A DNA stretch of 64,000 bases, taken from an uncultured Fibrobacteria bacterium (GTDB taxonomy: Bacteria; Fibrobacterota; Fibrobacteria; UBA11236). Position 1 is the stretch's first letter, and every line of letters starts with the position of its first letter. The stretch covers positions 1,824,001 through 1,888,000 of the forward strand of contig OY970309.1 of NCBI GenBank assembly GCA_963716395.1, written 5' to 3'. Made by a program: the position numbers and the translations under genes. Positions 56,698 through 64,000 of this stretch are shown here, in pieces. The notes beneath the pieces were generated by a model. It searched no databases and had not been told where the DNA came from. It saw only the letters and a program-made list of their open reading frames with translations.

Positions 56698-58179
56698 TTA
56701 GAATTTGAAATAAATGAAAGCGCCGCCGTGTTCGACGCCCAGAAGGAGTACGGCCAGCGCGAAAAACGCGTTTAAAGCCAGTGGAAATTTCCATTGAAAA
56801 CGGGATGATGGTGCGGCTTTTCCGGTCGGCACGAAGAGCGCGGCGAAGCCTTGGGAGGAGGAGGGGAAACGCCGCAGCCATACCGCTTCAAAGCCCAACA
56901 TCAAGAGCAACTGCGGCAAGGCGCTCACCAAAGAGGTTTTATGCAGGATGTGCAGGTGCAGTAAGGACGCGGGATGGGCGATGCGGGAGAAAATGAGCAG
57001 AGCTTCCCTCAATCCGCCGGCACGAAAAAGAATCCACCCCAGGCATACCACATGGAAGGTCAGAAAAATGCGCAGCGCCTGGAAGCAACGTCCCCGGAAA
57101 CCCGGGGTATGGCTCCCCTTCTCCAGAAATTTTAGGGGTAAAAATTTTTCCCGCGACAGCCAAAGGGCGTGCCAAGCGCCCCACAAAATGAAGGTCCAGG
57201 CCGCCCCGTGCCAAAGTCCCGCCAGCAACATCGTCACACACAAGTTACGTAAGGTGGCGATCTTTCCGGCCCGGTTGCCGCCCAGGGGGATGTATAAATA
57301 ATCGCGCATCAAGGTCGACAGCGAGATATGCCACCGCCGCCAGAAATCCGTCAGGGTTTCCGCGAAGTAGGGGAAGCGGAAATTTTCGCGTACTTCCACG
57401 CCCAGCATCCGCGCCGTTCCCAGCGCGATGTCCGAATATCCCGAGAAGTCGCAGTAGATCTGGAAGGCAAAGAGGTACACCGTCAGCAGCAAGGTTCCGC
57501 CTCCGAATTCCCCGGGCGAAGCAAAGGCCCAATTGACGTGCAAGGCCAGAGCGTCGGCGATGACGACCTTTTTCCACAGGCCGAACAGGGCCTGTGTCAA
57601 GCCGCCCAGAAACCGGGATGCGTTGAGTGGCGGCGCCGGGCGGTGAAATTGGGGCAGTAAGGTCGAAGCCCGCTCAATGGGCCCGGCCACGAGCAGCGGA
57701 AAGAAACAGACATACAACGCATAATGCGGAAAACTTTTTTCCACCGGCACGCGGCCGCGGTAGACATCGACGACATAGGCGATGGAATGAAAGGTGTAGA
57801 AGGAAATTCCCAAGGGCAGAATCCAATGCCAGATCGGGAACGCACGATGCAAATGCAGGGCCCGGAGGCCGACGTTGAGGCTCGCCGCCCCGAACGCCTC
57901 ATATTTGAAGAGGGCCAAGATGGAAAGATTTGCGGTGATGCCGGCCGTCAGCAAAAAACGGCGCGCCGCGGGATGCTTTTGTTGCGACAGCAGGCGCCCT
58001 ACGGTATAGTCGAACAGGGTATTGCCCAGCAGCAAAAACAGGAAAACCGGTTTCCACCAGGCGTAAAAGATCCAACTGGCGAGCAGCAAAATCGGAATGC
58101 GCCAACGATCTCCGCCCACCGAGCAGAGGATCAAAACGATTACAAAGAAAATCGGGAAGTCGAGGGACGCGAAGGTCAT
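56698..58179 (-). CDS. MBOAT-family O-acyltransferase (AlgI/DltB-like)
   Basis: LPLGISFYTF, FFPLLVAGPIER, QIYCDFSGYSDIA, DFWRRWHISLS, GLWHGA, C-terminal FIYFKF. Confidence 0.95.
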   Translation of the reverse strand: MTFASLDFPIFFVIVLILCSVGGDRWRIPILLLASWIFYAWWKPVFLFLLLGNTLFDYTVGRLLSQQKHPAARRFLLTAGITANLSILALFKYEAFGAASLNVGLRALHLHRAFPIWHWILPLGISFYTFHSIAYVVDVYRGRVPVEKSFPHYALYVCFFPLLVAGPIERASTLLPQFHRPAPPLNASRFLGGLTQALFGLWKKVVIADALALHVNWAFASPGEFGGGTLLLTVYLFAFQIYCDFSGYSDIALGTARMLGVEVRENFRFPYFAETLTDFWRRWHISLSTLMRDYLYIPLGGNRAGKIATLRNLCVTMLLAGLWHGAAWTFILWGAWHALWLSREKFLPLKFLEKGSHTPGFRGRCFQALRIFLTFHVVCLGWILFRAGGLREALLIFSRIAHPASLLHLHILHKTSLVSALPQLLLMLGFEAVWLRRFPSSSQGFAALFVPTGKAAPSSRFQWKFPLALNAFFALAVLLLGVEHGGAFIYFKF

Positions 58180-58509
58180 GGAATCCCGATCTAACGGATT
58201 TTGGCGAAACTTTCCATGCATACCGGAATTCGCTGTGCCTGCAATAATAAAACCGCGCGGAATCGAAGCCGATGTCGTGAGCTTCGCACCGGCGCCGAAT
58301 CGGTGCGGGTTTTTCCGGGGGCTATCCACCCATCAGCCTTGGCTCTGGATTCACCACTGGAAAATTCTCCGTGCATGGCCCCGGAATCGGCGCTGCGCAT
58401 TTTTACACTTTTCCAGGAAGAACGGCATGCCACAATTTTCGCTTTCCCATCCGGGTTCGCATCCGCCGGCTCCGGCGGTCCCGACGCGCAAGAAGACGCT
58501 CCCTTCGGC

Positions 58510-61500
58510 ATGAAACCGCGCGCCTTCAAACGCCAGCCGCGTTGGTATCTCGACGCCGTCATTTACCAGGTGCATGTCAAAAGCTTTTTCGACGGCAACG
58601 AAGACGGTTCGGGCGATCTGCCCGGTCTGATCCAAAAACTTGATTACATCCGCGAGCTGGGCGTGACGGCTTTGTGGTTGTTGCCGTTCTACCCGAGCCC
58701 GTTGCGCGACGACGGCTACGACATTTCCGACTACATGGGCGTACACCCGACCTACGGCACGCTCGACGACTTCCGCACTTTGCTGCAAGAGGCGCATGCC
58801 CGCGGCATCTACGTCATCACCGAACTGGTGATCAACCACACTTCGGATCAGCATCCCTGGTTCCAGCGCGCCCGAGTCGCGGCGCCGGGATCGACCGAGC
58901 GCGATTTCTACGTGTGGAGCGACGATCCCGAACGCTACCAGGACGCGCGCATCATCTTCAAGGATTTCGAACCGTCGAACTGGACCTGGGATTCCATCGG
59001 CAACGCCTATTACTGGCATCGCTTCTACAGCCACCAGCCCGATCTCAATTTCGACAGCCCGGCCGTGCACGAGGCCGTGCTGCAGGTGCTGGATTTCTGG
59101 CTGGGCATGGGCGTCGACGGCCTGCGGCTCGACGCCGTGCCTTACCTGTATGAACGCGAAGGCACCTCGTGCGAAAACCTGCCCGAGACGCACGCCTTTC
59201 TGCGCAAGCTCTCGGCCTATGTGCGCAAGCATTACGATGAGCGCATGCTCCTGGCCGAGGCCAACCAATGGCCCGAAGATGCGGCCGCGTATTTCGGCAA
59301 GGGCGACGAGTGCCAAATGGCCTTCCACTTTCCTCTCATGCCGCGGCTGTACATGGCCGTAGCCATGGAAGACCGCTTTCCCATCGTCGACATTCTCGAA
59401 CAGACGCCGCAGCTTCCCGAAGGCTGCCAATGGGCGATCTTTTTGCGCAACCACGACGAGCTGACGCTGGAAATGCTCACCGACGAAGAGCGCGACTACA
59501 TGGTGCGCGTGTATGCGCACGACCGCCGCGCGCGCATCAACCTCGGCATCCGCCGCCGGCTGGCGCCGCTCATGGCCAACAACCGCCGCAAGCTCGAACT
59601 GCTCAACAACCTGCTGCTCTCGCTGCCGGGCGCGCCGATTCTGTATTACGGCGACGAGATCGGCATGGGCGACAACTTCTACCTCGGCGACCGCAACGGC
59701 GTACGCACGCCCATGCAATGGAGTCCGGATCGCAATGCGGGGTTTTCCCGCGCCAATTCGCAGCGCCTGTTTCTGCCGGTTATCATCGATCCCGAATACC
59801 ATTACGAAACCGTCAACGTGGAAAACCAGGAGCACAACCCGAGTTCCCTGCTCTGGTGGCTGCGGCGGCGCATCGCCCTGCGCAACCGGCACGCCGTGTT
59901 CAGCCGCGGCGAAACGGTGTTCCTGGCTTCGGACAACGTGCGCGTGCTGGCCTTTTTGCGCCGCGCCCACGACGACGCGGTGCTCGTGGTCGCCAATCTT
60001 TCCGAGCACCCGCAGACCGCGGCGCTGGGTCTGGCCGAATGGGCCGGCAGCCGGCCCATCGAATTGACGGGGCAGACGCCGTTTCCGGCCGTCGAGGCCG
60101 ATCCGTATCGCGTCATGCTGGGATCTTACGACGTGATTTGGCTCAAGCTCTCGGCGCCGGGCGAAGCGGTCGAGCCCGATCGCTTCCAGATCCGTTCCCT
60201 GCCGCCGGCACGGAATTGGCGCGACCTGCTGCATCCTTCGCGCATCGATTTGTGGCAGTCGGCGCTGCCGTTGTGGCTTTCGAAATCCGGCCTGGCCGAA
60301 GCCAGCCTTGAACCTGTCTGCCATTTCGCCTTGCCCGGCCTGCCGCCCGAGTCGGCGGCTTTGGTGTTGGCGCGCAATACCTCGGCGCAGGGAAACGGAA
60401 GCTGGATGGCGTTGCCGCTCATGTTCGTCGAGGCCGCGGCGTCGCCGCCGCCTCCGGCGGCCGTGGTGGCGCGGGTACAGAACGGCAGCAAAAGCGGATG
60501 GCTTTGCGATGCGGCCTCGCATCCCGACGGCGCGGCCGCGTTGGCGCGCATGCTCATCACACCCTCCAGTTTGCAGGGGCCGCACGGTGTTTTAAAAGCC
60601 TGGTCGCCCCACCCGCTCGCCGACGTACCCGAGGATTTGAATCTGCGCACCGTGCCCTTGGCCGAAAATTCATCGCGCAGCGCCACGATTTCGTTTCAGG
60701 ATTTCGGCGTGCTCAAGTGGTTTCGCCAATTGCCCGAAGGCGTGCATCCCGATCCCGAAATCACCTTGTTTCTCGGCGAATGGGCGCATTTCGAAGGCGC
60801 GCCCCGCGTGCTGGGCATGCTCGAATGGCAGCCCGAAGGCGGCGAGACCTGTACCGTGGCCTATTTGCAGCAATGGGTGCGCGCGGATCGCAGCGCCTGG
60901 GATTTGTTCTGCGACGTGCTGGCCAAAGCCATTGAGTCGGTCGAAGTCGACGGCCGCCTGTGGAGCCAGCCTCCGGCCCTGGGTAATTATGCGCGTCCAT
61001 CCGATTTCGAAACCTGGGCCGAACCTTTGCAGGAGGCCCTGGGCGGACATGTGCGGGAATTTCTGATTCTCCTCGGCGAACGCGTGGCGGCCTTGCATCT
61101 GGCGTTGGCTTCGGATTCGGACGTGCCCGAATTCGAACCCGAACCGTTCACCTGGCATTACCAGCAGGCGGCGTTCCAGGCGATTCGCAGCCTGATGAAC
61201 CGGCATTACTCGCGCTTGCAATACGCCGCGACCCATTGGGAGGCGCCACTGCGCGAGCTCGCGCAGGAAGTGCTGGAGGGCCGCGACGCCGTGCTGGCCC
61301 GCATCCGCCCGCTGCGCGAGCGGAAAATCGAAACCTCCAAGATCCGCATCCACGGCAACCTGACCTTGTCGCAAATCCTGTTCACCGGCAAAGACTTCGT
61401 TTTGCAGGCGTTCGAAGGCGACCCGCACTTCACGCCCGAAGAACGCCGGCACAAATACTCGGCGCTGCGCGATGTGGCCACCTTGATTCGGTCGTTTCAG

Positions 61501-61794
61501 GCCGCCGCCGAGGTCGCAGGACGGCGCCATACCGAGCAGCGCAGCGGCGACTTCGGAACCCACCATCATTGGGCGCGCGTGCTGGGCCAATTGGCGGCGG
61601 GCGTGTGTTATCGCGCCTATCTCGGGCGCGCCGCGCACGCTCCCTTTCTGCCGGCGACGGAAGAGGACCGGAACCTTTTGCTCGAAGCCTTTTTGCTCGA
61701 GAAGGCGTTGCATGAGTTGGGCCGCGCCCTGGACGCCAGCCCCGAAGCGCAGTCCTCGGCCTTGCGCGGGCTGATCGCGCTGCAATCGAGATAA
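58510..61794 (+). CDS. treS: trehalose synthase TreS fused to a maltokinase (Pep2/Mak)-like domain
   Basis: GH13 motifs LRLDAVPYL, LLAEANQW, FLRNHDELTLE; C-terminal Mak-like region (HPDPEI, LHLALA, LRDVATLIRSF, LEKALHEL). Confidence 0.93.
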   Translation: MKPRAFKRQPRWYLDAVIYQVHVKSFFDGNEDGSGDLPGLIQKLDYIRELGVTALWLLPFYPSPLRDDGYDISDYMGVHPTYGTLDDFRTLLQEAHARGIYVITELVINHTSDQHPWFQRARVAAPGSTERDFYVWSDDPERYQDARIIFKDFEPSNWTWDSIGNAYYWHRFYSHQPDLNFDSPAVHEAVLQVLDFWLGMGVDGLRLDAVPYLYEREGTSCENLPETHAFLRKLSAYVRKHYDERMLLAEANQWPEDAAAYFGKGDECQMAFHFPLMPRLYMAVAMEDRFPIVDILEQTPQLPEGCQWAIFLRNHDELTLEMLTDEERDYMVRVYAHDRRARINLGIRRRLAPLMANNRRKLELLNNLLLSLPGAPILYYGDEIGMGDNFYLGDRNGVRTPMQWSPDRNAGFSRANSQRLFLPVIIDPEYHYETVNVENQEHNPSSLLWWLRRRIALRNRHAVFSRGETVFLASDNVRVLAFLRRAHDDAVLVVANLSEHPQTAALGLAEWAGSRPIELTGQTPFPAVEADPYRVMLGSYDVIWLKLSAPGEAVEPDRFQIRSLPPARNWRDLLHPSRIDLWQSALPLWLSKSGLAEASLEPVCHFALPGLPPESAALVLARNTSAQGNGSWMALPLMFVEAAASPPPPAAVVARVQNGSKSGWLCDAASHPDGAAALARMLITPSSLQGPHGVLKAWSPHPLADVPEDLNLRTVPLAENSSRSATISFQDFGVLKWFRQLPEGVHPDPEITLFLGEWAHFEGAPRVLGMLEWQPEGGETCTVAYLQQWVRADRSAWDLFCDVLAKAIESVEVDGRLWSQPPALGNYARPSDFETWAEPLQEALGGHVREFLILLGERVAALHLALASDSDVPEFEPEPFTWHYQQAAFQAIRSLMNRHYSRLQYAATHWEAPLRELAQEVLEGRDAVLARIRPLRERKIETSKIRIHGNLTLSQILFTGKDFVLQAFEGDPHFTPEERRHKYSALRDVATLIRSFQAAAEVAGRRHTEQRSGDFGTHHHWARVLGQLAAGVCYRAYLGRAAHAPFLPATEEDRNLLLEAFLLEKALHELGRALDASPEAQSSALRGLIALQSR

Positions 61795-61801
61795 GACACT
61801 A

Positions 61802-61972
61802 AAGGTCTGTAAAAAAATAACCGCACCATTCGGCCTAAGGTCCATCTCACCCGCCTGTCCACCTCTGGCGGACTCGTCGCTTGCATACTCCCGGTATGCG
61901 GCGCTCCTTGCGCCTGGCCGGGTGGGCGGCTCTTCGTCCTCGGAGTGATGCGCTTATTTCTTTCCGGGCCCT
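61802..61972. mobile_element. degenerate MITE-like palindromic element (about 171 bp)
   Basis: Imperfect 27-bp terminal inverted repeats (20/27) at 61802-61828 and 61946-61972; internal hairpin gcatac/gtatgc at 61883-61899. Confidence 0.5.
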
Positions 61973-62367
61973 CATCGTGATTTCGCCGTCGCCGCGGAGG
62001 CAGACTTTCACTGCGAAACGCCCTGGTAATTGTTCGTTACAACATCTTTTTGCGAATTTCTTTTTTATAGATTACCGCATTTCAGTATCTGCAAAGCCCC
62101 ATGCGCATTCATCGTTTCGTCTTCTGCCCGATAGCCGGTGTCGTGCGGAGTGTCTGTCATTCGTACGCAGACGCGCGGGCAGCCAAAACGTATGCCGGCA
62201 GAATGTCCGAAACACGGGCCGCCGTGGTGCTCAACCCCGCCAAGGTTTCTTCCGACGCGACCGCGACTGGCGCAGAGCTGACCTATCTGCAGGTCGATGC
62301 GCAAACTGAAATCGCGGGCAAAGTGGGGGAAATGGCTCGGATATTGGGGGGAAGGAACGGTTTTATT

Positions 62368-63861
62368 GTGTTGCCACCAATAAGAAAAATTACCGTCGCA
62401 CTTGGGATCGTTCTGCTGATGGTCGGCTGTGCCGTGGGGCCGGATTTCAAGCGTCCGGCAGCGCCGGCCGCCAAGGAATACACTTCCCATCCGCTACCGG
62501 CCGACGTTGAGCCGGGGGGCGGCGGCGGAGCGCCCCAGCATTTCGTGCAGAACATGGACATTCCCGCCCAATGGTGGACCTTGTTTCATTCCCCGTCTCT
62601 GAACCGGCTGGTGGAACAGGCCTTGAAGGCCAACCCCACCCTGAAGGCGGCGGAAGCCACCTTGCGCCAGGCGCAGGAAAACGTGTACGCTGCGGAAGGC
62701 GCCCTGTTTCCCTCCGTCAATGCCAACGGTGCGGTCTCCCGGCAAAAGACCAATGGTGCAACGGCCGGAAAGGCAGGCCCGGGCCCCTTGTTTACGCTGT
62801 ATAACGCTTCGGTCAGCGTCTCCTACGGCATCGACATTTTCGGCACGGCGCGCAGAACGCTGGAAGCGATCGGGGCGCAAGCCGATTTCGAGCGGTTCCA
62901 GATGAAAGCCGCCACCCTGACGCTGACCTCGAATGTGGTCACCACCGCGGTGCAGGAAGCCTCGTTGCAGGCCCAGATCGCGGCCACTCGCGAAATCGTC
63001 GACGTGCAAAGCCAGCAGCTCGACGTGCTGCAACATCAGTCCAACGTGGGCGCCGTTTCGCTGGCCAGCGTGCTGGCGCAAAAGACGACACTGGCACAAA
63101 CGCGCGCCAACCTGCCGGTGCTGGAAAAACAATTGGCGCTGATCCACAACCAGTTGGCGGCGCTGGCCGGCCATTTCCCGAGCCAGGACGGCGGGGTCAC
63201 CTTCGATCTCGATTCGCTGCAACTTCCGCAGGAACTGCCGGTAAGCCTGCCTTCCATGCTGGTCAAGCAGCGCCCCGACATCCGCGCCTCGGAGTCCCAG
63301 TTGCATGCGGCCAGCGCCGAGATCGGTGTGGCCACGGCGAACATGTTCCCGCAATTCACCATCAGTGGCAGTGCGGGTTCCGTCGCCAACGCCGCTGGCA
63401 ACCTGTTCACGGCCGGATCGGGGATCTGGGACGCCGTTGCCGGCCTGACCCAGCCGATCTTCCACGGCGGCACGCTGTTGCACCAGCGTCGTGCCGCCGT
63501 CGCCGCTTACGCCGCGGCCGAAGCACAATATCGCAGCACCGTGTTGTCGGCTTTCCAGGATGTGGCCAATGTGCTGGACGCCCTGCAATTCGATGCGACC
63601 ATCCTGCAGGCGCAGCAGACCGCCGCGCAATCTGCGGCCGAGTACCTCGACATCGCGCGCCAACAATACCAATCCGGCGCCATCAGCTTCATAGCGCTGC
63701 TGAATGCCCAGCAGGCGTATCAGCAGACGCGCATCGCCCTGGTGCAGGCGCGCGCCAGCCGTTACACGGATACTGCCGCCCTGTTCGCTTCGCTAGGTGG
63801 CGGCTGGTGGAGCCGCAAAGACGCGGACATGGACAAGCAACCGGGAGCAGACAAACCATGA
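62368..63861 (+). CDS. NodT/OprM-family efflux outer membrane lipoprotein
   Basis: LMVGCAVGPDF lipobox, QWWTLF, QRPDIRASE, ALFASLGGGWW. Start uncertain (GTG 62368 chosen). Confidence 0.9.
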   Translation: MLPPIRKITVALGIVLLMVGCAVGPDFKRPAAPAAKEYTSHPLPADVEPGGGGGAPQHFVQNMDIPAQWWTLFHSPSLNRLVEQALKANPTLKAAEATLRQAQENVYAAEGALFPSVNANGAVSRQKTNGATAGKAGPGPLFTLYNASVSVSYGIDIFGTARRTLEAIGAQADFERFQMKAATLTLTSNVVTTAVQEASLQAQIAATREIVDVQSQQLDVLQHQSNVGAVSLASVLAQKTTLAQTRANLPVLEKQLALIHNQLAALAGHFPSQDGGVTFDLDSLQLPQELPVSLPSMLVKQRPDIRASESQLHAASAEIGVATANMFPQFTISGSAGSVANAAGNLFTAGSGIWDAVAGLTQPIFHGGTLLHQRRAAVAAYAAAEAQYRSTVLSAFQDVANVLDALQFDATILQAQQTAAQSAAEYLDIARQQYQSGAISFIALLNAQQAYQQTRIALVQARASRYTDTAALFASLGGGWWSRKDADMDKQPGADKP

Positions 63862-63895
63862 GAACCATGATGATTCAGCAGCTGAATCGGAGGCA

Positions 63896-64000
63896 ATGAC
63901 AATGAAAAAAAGAATGGGGATCATGCTCGTTTCGGCCCTGGTGGTGTTCGGCGGAATTTTCGGCTTTCAGGCCTTCAAGGGACACATGATAAAGAAGTAC
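63896..64000 (+). CDS. RND efflux periplasmic adaptor, N-terminal fragment (runs off the window)
   Basis: GGAGG RBS then MTMKKRMGIMLVSALVVFGGIFGFQAFK, a MexH-type MFP start following a NodT gene. Confidence 0.7.
   Translation, partial: MTMKKRMGIMLVSALVVFGGIFGFQAFKGHMIKKY

Noticed and set aside
58201-58509. Upstream extensions of treS and the MBOAT gene overlapping head to head
   Set aside because: Family homology begins at 58510 (+) and 58179 (-); the interval is a divergent promoter region.
58351-61845. 744-aa and 391-aa antisense ORFs opposite treS
   Set aside because: Shadow frames of a well-conserved gene in high-GC DNA.
62101-62367. Long N-terminal extension of the NodT lipoprotein
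   Set aside because: The lipobox position implies a start about 20 codons before the Cys; the extension has no recognisable features.
1-64000. CRISPR array, rRNA, prophage or recognisable anti-phage defence operon
   Set aside because: No regularly spaced direct repeats, rRNA-like segments, phage structural genes or defence-system motifs were seen.

Overview
GC-rich bacterial chromosomal segment, probably FCB group (Fibrobacterota-like). This is an inference from a GH5 hydrolase with a T9SS-type C-terminal domain, a PEGA protein and a spirochaete/Firmicutes-style flagellar gene order. Layout: (1) 1-12 kb, mixed housekeeping and accessory genes (ParA-family ATPase, PEGA protein, lipoprotein, acyltransferase-3, receiver protein, Xth, YceI, divergent GGDEF protein, DinB-like protein, MDR oxidoreductase, secreted GH5) plus small MITE-like elements. 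(2) 12.4-29.2 kb, a minus-strand flagellar cluster (motE/flbB-like, fliK, flgD, flgE, flbD, fliL, fliM, fliY/N, fliO, fliP, fliQ, fliR, flhB, flhA, flhF, flgV-like, fliA) with a sigma54 promoter at its head. It has no motAB or flhG, a degenerate FlhF and an enlarged hook. (3) tRNA-Thr(CGT), then a visibly AT-rich Wzx/Wzy surface-polysaccharide island (31.1-46.9 kb) with four glycosyltransferases (one split by an intact IS630), three SAM methyltransferases and a cobalamin-binding radical SAM enzyme. (4) MarR, TetR-TolC-MFP-RND efflux, perR-dps-ahpC with Per boxes, an MBOAT/SGNH acylation pair, a TreS-maltokinase fusion whose kinase motifs are mutated, and the start of a second RND efflux operon. 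No CRISPR array, rRNA or prophage was seen. All family assignments come from motif recognition by eye, not database searches.
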